A program made the translations under genes and the position numbers. Under the pieces are notes generated by a model. It made no database searches, was not told the DNA's origin, and saw only the letters and a program-made list of their open reading frames with translations. Below are positions 24,036 through 32,979 of a stretch of 64,000 nucleotides of DNA, in pieces (position 1 is the first letter of the stretch; each line of letters opens with the position of its first letter). Source of the stretch: Saprospiraceae bacterium (GTDB lineage: Bacteria; Bacteroidota; Bacteroidia; Chitinophagales; Saprospiraceae); the NCBI GenBank assembly GCA_044350415.1, contig JBILHQ010000001.1:22257-86256 (forward strand). The letters run 5' to 3'.

Positions 24036-26309
24036 ATGCCGCAATTGGTGCGCTTAACAAGGTGTCAAAAATCAACGCCGCTCCATTTTCCACAGTTTCG
24101 CTATCTTCGCACCGTGTTCGGTGACAATTTTGTATTTTATAAACAGTTAGACGCTACCGATTGTGGCGTTACTTGTCTGCGCATGGTCGCAAGGCATTAT
24201 GGTAGGCATTTTTCTCTGGAGTACCTGCGTGATTTGGCACACCTTGATCGGGAAGGTGCCTCACTTATCGGAATTGCCGACGCTGCCGAACGGATTGGCT
24301 TCCGTACGCTGGCCGTAAAAGTGCCTTTCAGCCGGCTCAAAAAAGATATTCCGTTGCCGTGTATTGCCCATTGGGACAGCAAGCACTTCGTGGTAATCTA
24401 TGGTTTCAAGGACAATAAAGTATTGATTGCTGACCCTGCTATTGGCAAATTACGCTTGAGCATCAGCGATTTCCGGAAGAGCTGGCACAGCGATATTTCT
24501 GCCGCAGAACCACAAGGCGTTATTCTGGCTTTAGAGACCACGCCCGATTTTGAACGGCAGGAGGGCGATAAAAACCAGGAAACCAGCCTTACTTTTTTGT
24601 GGAAATACGTCACCCGGTACAATAGCCTGATTATTCAGCTGGTCGCCGGTTTATTTTTTGGCGGCATTATTCAACTCGCTTTCCCGTTCCTCATGCAGGC
24701 ACTGGTGGACAAAGGCGTCCAACTCCGCGATTACAATTTCGTTTGGCTGATATTGCTGGCGCAGGGCATGTTGTTTTTCGGCCAAATGGCCGTTGAATTC
24801 CTGCGTGGCTGGATCTTGCTGCATATAGGGACGCGGGTAAATATCAATTTGGTTTCAGATTTCCTGATCAAGTTAATGCGGTTGCCGATGGCATTTTTCG
24901 ATGCCAAAATGACGGGCGATTTACTGCAAAGAATTTATGATAATGAACGGGTGGAACGTTTTCTCACCGCCGCTTCGCTCAATACGCTGTTCAATTTGTT
25001 CAGCCTTTTCATTTTCCTGATTGTTTTATATTTTTACAGTCCGCTTATTTGCGGCATCTTTTTGTTTGCGTCACTGTTGTACTTTGGTTGGGTCTTGTTG
25101 TTTATGCGCCGTCGCCGGAATCTTGATTTTCGGCGGTTTGAGCGAATGGCCGAGAACCAAAGCGCCCTTATCCAGATGATCAACGGCATGCAGGAGTTGA
25201 AACTGCACAATGCCGAAAAACAAAAACGCTGGGACTGGGAGCGAATTCAGGCGCGTCTTTTCCGCATTAATGTGCAATACCTGGCCACTGATCAGGTGCA
25301 GCGGGCAGGTGCAGCATTCATCAATGAAGGCAAAAATATTATCATTTCTTTCGTGGCAGCACGGGCCGTCATGCGGGGCGACATGAGCCTCGGTATGATG
25401 TTGTCGACCCAATATATCATCGGCCACATGAATGCGCCGCTGGAATCACTCGTGCAGTTTATCATCGCCTGGCAGGAGGCAAAGATCAGTCTTGAACGCC
25501 TTAATGAGATCCACCGCAGGCCTGAGGAAGAACCTGTCGAGGTATCGAAAGTGACCCTTATGCCCGACAACCGCAATCTCGTCCTGGATAATGTGTCGTT
25601 CCGGTATGGTGGCCCGCACGATCCCCCTGTTTTGGTCAATGTGAACATGCGTTTTCCCTATGGAAAAACAACAGCCATTGTAGGATCAAGCGGGAGTGGA
25701 AAAACCACCCTGCTCAAATTGTTGTTGAACTATTACCCGCCCAATTCCGGCAATGTACGCCTCGGCGATATCAACCTTGGTAATATTAATACCCAGCTGT
25801 GGCGTGCCAGCTGCGGGGCAGTGATGCAGGACGGTTATATTTTCAGCGATACCATTGCCCGCAATATTGCACTGGGAGATGACAATATCGACCGCCGCCG
25901 GTTGCTGCATGCTGCAGAAGTAGCCAATATTCAATCGTTCATAGAAAGCCTTCCTTTGGGTTATAATACTAAAATCGGTCAGGAAGGCACTGGTATAAGT
26001 CAGGGACAGCGCCAGCGTATTCTAATTGCCCGCGCCGTTTATAAGCAACCCGAATTTTTCTTTTTTGACGAAGCAACCAATGCACTCGATGCCAATAACG
26101 AACTGGTGGTGATGGATAACCTGGAACGTTTGTTCAAAGGAAAAACAGTGGTTATCGTCGCCCACCGCCTTAGTACCGTCCGTAATGCCGATAATATTAT
26201 TGTGCTGGAAAAAGGGGAGGTCATCGAGCAGGGCACCCATGAGCAACTGACGATGCTGCGTGGGGCATATTACAATTTGGTACGGAATCAATTGGAATTA
26301 GGGAACTAA
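24036..26309 (+). CDS. peptidase C39 domain-containing ABC transporter (bacteriocin/GG-leader peptide exporter type)
   Basis: C39 motifs are QLDATDCGVTCLRMV (Cys) and IAHWDSKHFVVIY (His), followed by a 6-TM domain. The NBD has GSSGSGKTT, ISQGQRQR and FFFFDEAT. The true start is probably the in-frame GTG at 24114, because family N-termini begin near FYKQLD. Confidence 0.9.
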   Translation: MPQLVRLTRCQKSTPLHFPQFRYLRTVFGDNFVFYKQLDATDCGVTCLRMVARHYGRHFSLEYLRDLAHLDREGASLIGIADAAERIGFRTLAVKVPFSRLKKDIPLPCIAHWDSKHFVVIYGFKDNKVLIADPAIGKLRLSISDFRKSWHSDISAAEPQGVILALETTPDFERQEGDKNQETSLTFLWKYVTRYNSLIIQLVAGLFFGGIIQLAFPFLMQALVDKGVQLRDYNFVWLILLAQGMLFFGQMAVEFLRGWILLHIGTRVNINLVSDFLIKLMRLPMAFFDAKMTGDLLQRIYDNERVERFLTAASLNTLFNLFSLFIFLIVLYFYSPLICGIFLFASLLYFGWVLLFMRRRRNLDFRRFERMAENQSALIQMINGMQELKLHNAEKQKRWDWERIQARLFRINVQYLATDQVQRAGAAFINEGKNIIISFVAARAVMRGDMSLGMMLSTQYIIGHMNAPLESLVQFIIAWQEAKISLERLNEIHRRPEEEPVEVSKVTLMPDNRNLVLDNVSFRYGGPHDPPVLVNVNMRFPYGKTTAIVGSSGSGKTTLLKLLLNYYPPNSGNVRLGDINLGNINTQLWRASCGAVMQDGYIFSDTIARNIALGDDNIDRRRLLHAAEVANIQSFIESLPLGYNTKIGQEGTGISQGQRQRILIARAVYKQPEFFFFDEATNALDANNELVVMDNLERLFKGKTVVIVAHRLSTVRNADNIIVLEKGEVIEQGTHEQLTMLRGAYYNLVRNQLELGN

Positions 26310-26320
26310 AATCACATACC

Positions 26321-27394
26321 TTGTCTAATTACACACCCAGCACATACAGCACCATCCTCACAAAATGGGCCTCCCTTCATCCCCGGCCCATGCCCTGGAA
26401 AGGGATTCGCGACCCATACCGGATCTGGCTATCGGAAATCATTCTTCAACAGACGCGCGTTGAGCAGGGACTGCCTTATTATGAGCGTTTTGCAGCAACT
26501 TACCCGACCATAACCGATCTGGCGCAAGCCCGTGATGATGAGGTATTTAAACTGTGGGAAGGACTTGGATATTATTCCCGGGCGCGCAATATGCTGGGTG
26601 CTGCGCGGATGGTGGCCGACGAATTGGGCGGCCATTTCCCCGATACTTATGAGGGTATCAGGGCGCTGAAAGGCGTAGGCGATTATACAGCGGCGGCTAT
26701 TGGCTCCTTTGCTTATGATTTGCCTTATGCCGTTTTGGATGGCAATGTGTACCGGGTACTAGCGCGTTGGTTTGGTATTGAAACGCCGACCGATAGCACC
26801 GAAGGGAAACGGCAATTTGCCCGTTTGGCGCAGGGAATACTCGACTCAGACCGACCTGGTGCGCATAATCAGGCGATGATGGATTTCGGTGCCACCTGGT
26901 GTACGCCGAAGAACCCGAAATGCGGCAATTGCCCGTTCAGCGCGGTTTGTGAAGCGAACAACCTGGACAAAGTGTCACTTTTGCCTGTAAAATCAAAGAA
27001 AATACTTCAAAAAGAGCGTTTTTTCTTGTATTGTGTAGTAGATAAAGCGGGGAAAACTTTTCTCCAAAAACGGGAACAAAAAGATATCTGGCAAAATTTG
27101 TACGATTTTCCACATATAGAACCAGACACACTACCAGCCGACACCATCACCGCCTGTGGATTGCTTGGTCTTCCCGCAATGGATGGCACCCGACTCTCCA
27201 AAATTTATCGCCAAACCCTCACCCATCGCAAGGTCGCTGCGCTTTTTTTGGAAATACCCTGGACCACATCTGTCGAGGTTCTCCTCTCCGACTGTGTCAC
27301 CGTGAACAACAATACGGATTTGCCGGAGATAGCGGTACCCCGAATAATTGAGTGGTACTGGAAGGAGAAAGGGCATACATTGACATTGTTTTAA
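26321..27394 (+). CDS. mutY: A/G-specific adenine DNA glycosylase
   Basis: It has PWKGIRDPYRIWLSEIILQQTRV and an HhH-GPD region. The Fe-S loop is CTPKNPKCGNCPFSAVC (C-X6-C-X2-C-X5-C). A NUDIX-like C-terminal domain is present. The start codon is TTG. Confidence 0.9.
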   Translation: MSNYTPSTYSTILTKWASLHPRPMPWKGIRDPYRIWLSEIILQQTRVEQGLPYYERFAATYPTITDLAQARDDEVFKLWEGLGYYSRARNMLGAARMVADELGGHFPDTYEGIRALKGVGDYTAAAIGSFAYDLPYAVLDGNVYRVLARWFGIETPTDSTEGKRQFARLAQGILDSDRPGAHNQAMMDFGATWCTPKNPKCGNCPFSAVCEANNLDKVSLLPVKSKKILQKERFFLYCVVDKAGKTFLQKREQKDIWQNLYDFPHIEPDTLPADTITACGLLGLPAMDGTRLSKIYRQTLTHRKVAALFLEIPWTTSVEVLLSDCVTVNNNTDLPEIAVPRIIEWYWKEKGHTLTLF

Positions 27395-27432
27395 TTCTTT
27401 TTGTCGCCTAATCCAACAAAAAATCTCCATAT

Positions 27433-28299
27433 TTGCTCCCGAATATGAGCTTATTAGACATTTTGGGATTTGGTAAAAGCCGCCGTTTAGTCAGGGTGGA
27501 GCATGTTACCCACTGGCATTCGAACTCGCTGAAGCGAAATGTTGTTTTCGACATTTACCTGCCCAGAGAATATGGACAACCCAACGCAGGGCTGTTTCCG
27601 TTGTTGCTGATTAACGATGGACAGGATTTACCCCGCATGAACTTCACCCAGATATTGCGCACTTTATACAAACAGCGGGCTATGCCACCGATGATTGTAG
27701 TGGGTATCCATGCCGGCACCGCACGCACCAGCGAATATGGTACCGTTCGCCAGGTCGATTATAAAGGCCGTGGCAAAAAGGCACCTGCATATAAGGCCTT
27801 TATTATGGAGGAGTTAATGCCGTTTTTATACGAAAAATTCCCGCTGACGGAATTGTCCGCTGAAAGAGCGTTTGCCGGCTTTTCCTTAGGTGCTTTATCT
27901 GCCCTTGATATTGTTTGGAGCGAGCCATCGGTATTTGGCGGTGCGGGGGTATTCTCCGGCGCGCTGTGGTGGCGCTGGGCCGATGTGCGGCCCGAAGATC
28001 CCGATGCTGACCGGATCATGCACGACATTATCCGTACCAGTCGGGATGAAAGGCCGAACGACCAGTATTTTTGGTTTCAGGTCGGTACGATGGACGAAGA
28101 AGATGACCGCAACAACAATGGTATTATCGATGCTATCGACGACACGCTTGATTGTATCGGCGCGATACAAAGCAGGGGTTACCGCGATGAACAAATCTGG
28201 TATGAAGAAATCAATGAAGGCACCCACGATCCCGAAACCTGGGGCTATGTCATGCCCGATTTTTTAAGGTGGATGTTTACGAATGAGGGAGATTTGTGA
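27433..28299 (+). CDS. esterase family protein (alpha/beta hydrolase, putative-esterase type)
   Basis: It has a serine nucleophile elbow (FAGFSLGALSAL) and a C-terminal His context (EGTHD). The start is probably ATG 27445 (MSLLDILGF). Confidence 0.8.
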   Translation: MLPNMSLLDILGFGKSRRLVRVEHVTHWHSNSLKRNVVFDIYLPREYGQPNAGLFPLLLINDGQDLPRMNFTQILRTLYKQRAMPPMIVVGIHAGTARTSEYGTVRQVDYKGRGKKAPAYKAFIMEELMPFLYEKFPLTELSAERAFAGFSLGALSALDIVWSEPSVFGGAGVFSGALWWRWADVRPEDPDADRIMHDIIRTSRDERPNDQYFWFQVGTMDEEDDRNNNGIIDAIDDTLDCIGAIQSRGYRDEQIWYEEINEGTHDPETWGYVMPDFLRWMFTNEGDL

Positions 28300-28318
28300 G
28301 GTATGAAGTATGAAGTAT
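28299..28318. repeat. word repeat AGGTATGAAGTATGAAGTAT
   Basis: A 20-mer identical to 48186-48205. It begins in the stop codon of the esterase gene, between convergent genes. Confidence 0.8.
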
Positions 28319-28325
28319 TTTTTCC

Positions 28326-29597
28326 CTACTTCTTCCATGTTCTTGAATCCACACCGCCCACGGTCATCAGCCGGTCGTACCGCTCTCCGAAGGGTCGGTA
28401 ATAGACCATGATCGTATAGATATTCCCTGTTTCGTGCCAATCGCCTTCCATGTCGTCATCGGCTGAGGGTTCGTAGGTTTCTGCATCCACTACACTGAAG
28501 GCGTAGTTATAGTAGCCTTGTTTGAGCAGCGGATTGCAGAAATAACTGTGAGAGACTTCATCGTATTCCATTTTAAATTCATCGCGCAGCCGCCAATCGG
28601 TCATTTCACCAATCACGTATACTTCCTTATTTTCGAACGGCGCATTGCGTTGCAGAACAAACAGCACATTGGCGTAATCCGTTTGCATAAAAGTTTGGCC
28701 CGGAGTTCGATTTTCAATGGAAAAACGGCCGTTGATATCATCGGTCAAAGCATAGGTATGGCTTTCTGACTGGTCTGTTTCGGGTTTAAGGAACACCTGC
28801 CAGGTGACTGCGTTGCGCTCAATTTTTTGCACATTGTTACCCCTGAAATCAAAGGACCGCATGTCGAAGAAACGCCAGCTTTTTCCTGCCGGAAAAACGA
28901 TAGAGTCCTGGTAATCAAAGTTCATACTGTTGCGCAAAGTGACGAAAGGTCGCGGCGCTACAGGGCCCATCACGCGGTCCCAGCGCATATTTTGATAAAT
29001 GAACGCCTTCACTTCCCGGATAGGATTATTAATCACCGTTCCTTCATGAAGTACCTGAAAATCAATTTCCTGGTGGGTAAAAATTTTGCCGGCGTGAAAA
29101 ATTTGTGCCATTTGTGCCGACACGCTCCACTTGCTTTCCATGACCATAAAACGCCGCACCATGACCAATTCCCGGTCATTGTCTTCGTCGAATACTTTTA
29201 AAATATAATTGCCGGAAACGGCCCAGCGCATATTCTGGTTGGGGAGCGTGATCTGATAGCGGGTATACGGTTGAAGGGTGTTCACCGAGCTGTTGATCGA
29301 AGTAATACGGTCTTCTGTAAATCCATTGATATATTCATTGTCTTCCAATACAGAGGGTTGCCAATCGCTGTTGCAATGCACAATGGTGTACAGGTAGTTT
29401 TTGAGGTCGAAACCGATACGGTCGAAAGACAGATTGATCTGGCCGCTTTTCAGATCGACGACAGGATACGGACTGGCCGGATTGATTTGCACTGTTTTAA
29501 TATCCTTGTCAAGGACACGCGCAGCGGTATTGACTTGTGCCCGAAGCACTATTGGAAAAATAGAAAAGACAAGCAATGAAAGGTATGAATACCGCAT
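28326..29597 (-). CDS. DUF5103-like protein (type IX secretion system plug protein family), tentative
   Basis: Signal peptide and a size of about 420 aa. The blocks LYTIVHCNSDWQPSVLEDNEYINGF and YTRYQITLPNQNMRWAVSGNYILKV match my recollection of DUF5103. No search was run. Confidence 0.5.
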   Translation of the reverse strand: MRYSYLSLLVFSIFPIVLRAQVNTAARVLDKDIKTVQINPASPYPVVDLKSGQINLSFDRIGFDLKNYLYTIVHCNSDWQPSVLEDNEYINGFTEDRITSINSSVNTLQPYTRYQITLPNQNMRWAVSGNYILKVFDEDNDRELVMVRRFMVMESKWSVSAQMAQIFHAGKIFTHQEIDFQVLHEGTVINNPIREVKAFIYQNMRWDRVMGPVAPRPFVTLRNSMNFDYQDSIVFPAGKSWRFFDMRSFDFRGNNVQKIERNAVTWQVFLKPETDQSESHTYALTDDINGRFSIENRTPGQTFMQTDYANVLFVLQRNAPFENKEVYVIGEMTDWRLRDEFKMEYDEVSHSYFCNPLLKQGYYNYAFSVVDAETYEPSADDDMEGDWHETGNIYTIMVYYRPFGERYDRLMTVGGVDSRTWKK

Positions 29598-29673
29598 TTT
29601 GAAAGAGGGACCAACGTAAAAAGCGTGAGTGACAAACGTATTGACGCATTAAACGTCGGGAGGTTTCCTGAGA

Positions 29674-30750
29674 TTGTTATATTTTTGCCCAAAATTCCTT
29701 TCAAATTTGTTCCGGAGCCTCTTCAGAAATGCTTTTCAGGCGATTAGTACCTTAGTAATCGTGCTGACAGCCTTTTCCTTTTTCTCACCATACGTCAACC
29801 CGGCCACCTTTCGCTGGTTTTCGTTTTTTGGTACAGTATTTCCCTGGCTGCTGCTGGTGAATATCCTTTTAATGACATTCTGGATCTGGTATACCAACCG
29901 GTTTGCGCTTTATCACCTCGCGATCATCATCCTGGGATGGGGATATGTGGCCAAATTTATGGGGACCTATACCGGCAAAAGTCAAGCACCGCGCAACAGC
30001 GTCACTATAGTCACCCACAATCTTGGGTTGCTGTTCTATGGTAAAAAAGTAAATGAAGCACAAACCGACAGTATCGCTGGCGCATACGCTGCTTTTTTAA
30101 AAAAGAACGGCGTTCCAGATATTATTTGTACCCAGGAAACCCGCGGCACTTTTTATCCTTTGCTGGGCAAATATTTAGGCTACGACCAGCGGTTTAACCT
30201 CAAAAAAGGAACGGTCATTCTCAGTCGTTTTCCTATCAAAGCAGGTGGCGAAGTATCCTTTGGCAAAACCAGTAATTCCACCCTTTGGGCCAATATTGAA
30301 CTGCCGGGAGGAAAGATCGTGCGGGTATATAATGTTCATTTACAGTCGAATAAGGTCACCAAAGATGCAGAAAAAGTAATAGAAGATCCACAAAACCTGG
30401 ACGAAATCAGCAAGGTGATGAATAAAGTAGGGGGTGCCACCTCCATTCGCGCCGAACAAGCCGAACGCCTGCGGGAACATATTCTCGATTGCCCATACCC
30501 CGTCATTATTTGCGGCGATTTCAATGATACGCCCAATTCATTTGTCTACCACCATATCGGCGACGGACTGACTGATACTTTTGAAGAGCGGGGGTTCGGC
30601 GTGGGCAGCACCTTTGCGGGCTCCCTTCCGTTGCTCCGAATTGATTATATCCTTATCGATCCGGGTTTCCAAACCTACCAGTGCCGGGTGGTGCGCGATA
30701 ATACCTGGTCGGATCATTATCCGGTGTGGGCGACGATGGGGGGAGAATAG
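29674..30750 (+). CDS. endonuclease/exonuclease/phosphatase (EEP) family membrane protein
   Basis: N-terminal TM helices, then an EEP domain ending in the WSDHYPVWA motif. A TATTTTTG -7 box at 29680-29687 lies inside the called 5' end, so the true start is probably downstream (for example TTG 29707). Confidence 0.8.
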   Translation: MLYFCPKFLSNLFRSLFRNAFQAISTLVIVLTAFSFFSPYVNPATFRWFSFFGTVFPWLLLVNILLMTFWIWYTNRFALYHLAIIILGWGYVAKFMGTYTGKSQAPRNSVTIVTHNLGLLFYGKKVNEAQTDSIAGAYAAFLKKNGVPDIICTQETRGTFYPLLGKYLGYDQRFNLKKGTVILSRFPIKAGGEVSFGKTSNSTLWANIELPGGKIVRVYNVHLQSNKVTKDAEKVIEDPQNLDEISKVMNKVGGATSIRAEQAERLREHILDCPYPVIICGDFNDTPNSFVYHHIGDGLTDTFEERGFGVGSTFAGSLPLLRIDYILIDPGFQTYQCRVVRDNTWSDHYPVWATMGGE

Positions 30751-30759
30751 GAACGACCT

Positions 30760-31476
30760 TTATTGGACAAATTTTGTCAATTCAATCCGGCTTTCTTCAT
30801 TTCCTTTTTTATCATAACTGACTGACTTAAGCATGCCTACCGCCTGCGAGTACCAATACAGCGTATGAATCGAGCGGGTCCCCATGAGTTTATATTCAAA
30901 ATCATAACTTATTATTAAGCACTTGTAAGTGCCTACAACCGTTGTAATGACTTCTGCCACTTCAACTTTACGGTTCTTGATGGTGTATTTAGTCGTCATC
31001 AGTTGAATATCGCCCATTCGAATAGTTATTTCCATTTCAGCATCGGGAAGTATTTGGCCGGGCTTCATGTCGGGCGGAAATGTCTGGTCAGTACCACGCA
31101 CTTCAATTTTCATATCAGGAGCCCCCTCCTGATTCTGTTGGGGTGGTACTACTCCGCGCATATCCATATATACAGTACCTTCATGACATTTTATAGGAAA
31201 AGTATTGCGAAACACCTCTTTGCCTTGGTCGTCCACACTGGTCACCTCAAAAGTGGCGACAAGCGTATCCTTGCGGTTTTCTATTCCGATAACATGTTGG
31301 GTATTCACCGATTCGATTTTTCCTTTTTTATCATAATGCGTATATTCCAGTTGGACACCCTCCTTAAAGTAGTCATACATTTTGGCACATTCCTGGGCAA
31401 TGCCTGGCATTACCCCCAAGAATAGAAAAGCAATAAAAAACAAAGGTTTCATGTTGTGAAATTTAATATTGAACAA
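30760..31476 (-). CDS. hypothetical secreted protein
   Basis: Signal peptide (MKPLFFIAFLFLGVMPGIAQ). The sequence is beta-rich with no recognisable motif. Confidence 0.5.
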   Translation of the reverse strand: MFNIKFHNMKPLFFIAFLFLGVMPGIAQECAKMYDYFKEGVQLEYTHYDKKGKIESVNTQHVIGIENRKDTLVATFEVTSVDDQGKEVFRNTFPIKCHEGTVYMDMRGVVPPQQNQEGAPDMKIEVRGTDQTFPPDMKPGQILPDAEMEITIRMGDIQLMTTKYTIKNRKVEVAEVITTVVGTYKCLIISYDFEYKLMGTRSIHTLYWYSQAVGMLKSVSYDKKGNEESRIELTKFVQ

Positions 31477-31499
31477 AGAATACCCCTACAATACTTATT

Positions 31500-32156
31500 T
31501 TACATTGTCAGCGGTTTACCACCTTCCCATTTTTGGAGCCATGCTGTATGCAACAACCGGATCACTTCAGCATCTTCCACCTGATCGAAATGGCGGTAAT
31601 ATTGACCAACGGAATGGAAATCCATTGGCGTCAACAAACAAATCACCTCGTCCACCCCTTTTGCTTCTTCGATATGCCGCAGAGACTCTACAGGTGCTAC
31701 CGGAATGGCCACTACAATACGTTGTGGTTTTTGGTGCCGGATCAATTCTATAGATGAAAGCAATGTATGACCTGTGGCGATTCCGTCGTCCACAATGATA
31801 GCAGTTTTACCTTTCAGGCTAACAGGCTGGTGATTGCCATAATATTTTTTATAGCGCTCGCGCAACAGCCCCCTCAATCGATTGGTTTCCTGGTTAATAT
31901 ATTCCTCTGAAACCTCAGGATGATCTGCAACTACCCGACTTTCCAGACTCACTGCTCCAATAGCATACTCTGGCTGATTGGGATGGCCGATTTTTTTTGA
32001 TAATACAATTTCTAATGGGAAACTGAGCGCAGTGGCCAAAATGGAACCAATCTCCACTCCCCCCCGAGGCACTGCTAAAATAACACCGTCTTCATTTTTA
32101 TAGTGTTGCAGCGCCTTAGCTAATTGTTTTCCGGCATCAATTCGGTCATTAAACAT
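31500..32156 (-). CDS. phosphoribosyltransferase family protein
   Basis: PRPP-binding motif TAIIVDDGIATGHTL, plus an N-terminal LAVPRGGV. Confidence 0.85.
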   Translation of the reverse strand: MFNDRIDAGKQLAKALQHYKNEDGVILAVPRGGVEIGSILATALSFPLEIVLSKKIGHPNQPEYAIGAVSLESRVVADHPEVSEEYINQETNRLRGLLRERYKKYYGNHQPVSLKGKTAIIVDDGIATGHTLLSSIELIRHQKPQRIVVAIPVAPVESLRHIEEAKGVDEVICLLTPMDFHSVGQYYRHFDQVEDAEVIRLLHTAWLQKWEGGKPLTM

Positions 32157-32320
32157 GGTGTTTTAAGTTGATAGTAAACAACAATAAAAGTTTATACTGA
32201 TTTTTACAAAGTTCAGTCTTAATACGGGGGAAGGTATTGACGCCAGTCATCTGGCATATTGAGTGTTATCAATATGTCAAATCAGACGGATTTTTCTGTG
32301 CGGAGAGATCGTCACGATCC

Positions 32321-32381
32321 TTCGACATCCTGTTCAGAAAAATTCATGTAAATTCTAATCCGTGTCCCATCAACACCACGG
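32321..32381. repeat. diverged copy of the 32799-32979 repeat unit
   Basis: It shares TCGACATC, TCAGAAAAAT and AATCCGTGTCC blocks, in the same order and orientation as the tandem units downstream. Confidence 0.6.
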
Positions 32382-32439
32382 TTTTTAAAAAACATCCCTT
32401 CCCTTCAGTTAACAACCCTATTCTATAATAACGAATTCC

Positions 32440-32562
32440 ATGGCATATTCGGAATTGTTAGCCGACCGCATCCGGCAGGTCTTTAAAGAAAAGAAGGTCC
32501 GTTTTGAAGAAAAAAAGATGATGGGCGACCTGTATTTTTTGGTCGACAGCAAAATGTGCGCA
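32440..32562 (+). pseudogene. TfoX/Sxy N-terminal domain gene fragment (first ~41 codons only)
   Basis: MAYSELLADRIRQVFKEKKVRFEEKKMMGDLYFLVDSKMC matches the TfoX_N start (MAYNE.LA.RIR.....EEKKMFGGL.F.V.G.MC). After about 32562 the frame reads nonsense that is antisense to a transposase fragment. Confidence 0.6.
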
Positions 32563-32793
32563 GACAACTCCCCAGACAGAGCAGCTTCAACCACCCGTTT
32601 AAGCATCGGTGCCAACAACTGTGTCAAACTTTGGCCTTGGTACAGACCTTCAATCAAATCCGCCTCCGTTTGTTGGGTAATTATTGGAGGACTTTTTTGT
32701 TTCTTTTTTTCATTGCGAAAGAAAACCTTTTTTGAAAAATAATTTCTTACCAAAACGATTATTTTTGTCTGACACAGTTTTTTGAACACTCTC
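32556..32793 (-). mobile_element. IS256-family insertion sequence remnant (left end plus ~55 N-terminal transposase codons)
   Basis: The minus strand reads KKKQKSPPIITQQTEADLIEGLYQGQSLTQLLAPMLKRVVEAALSGELSAHI, which matches the conserved N-terminal block L.K.h.EaaLegEhd.HL of IS256 transposases. A candidate terminal repeat, GAGAGTGTTCAAAAAACTGTGTCAGAC, lies at 32793-32767. It is truncated at the TfoX junction. Confidence 0.5.
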
Positions 32794-32798
32794 ACGCA

Positions 32799-32979
32799 CA
32801 TCGACATCACACTCAGAAAAATCCTTTTAAATCCGTGTCCAATCCCTCAAATCTGTATTCCATCGACATCACACCCACCCACATCACGCCCGGAAAAATC
32901 CTTTTAAATCCATGTCCAATCCCTCAAATCCGTGTTCTATCGACATCACGCACCCACATCACGCTCAAAAAAATCCCGC
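32799..32979. repeat. tandem repeat, about 2.5 units of 62-78 nt
   Basis: Unit 1 is 32799-32860, unit 2 is 32861-32938 and the partial unit 3 is 32939-32979. The shared sequence is CATCGACATCAC...AGAAAAATCCTTTTAAATCCGTGTCCAATCCCTCAAATC. Confidence 0.8.

Noticed and set aside
24036-24113. The N-terminal 26-aa extension (MPQLVRLTRCQKSTPLHFPQFRYLRT) of the C39 exporter.
   Set aside because: Family members start a few residues before FYKQLD. An in-frame GTG at 24114 fits, and the extension is basic and non-conserved-looking. The outer coordinate is kept in the feature only because I cannot verify the start.
32799-32979. A possible CRISPR array, suggested by visibly repeated sequence.
   Set aside because: There are only about 2.5 units of 62-78 nt, and they are contiguous and diverged. 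There are no 25-40 nt repeats alternating with unique spacers, and no cas genes in the window.
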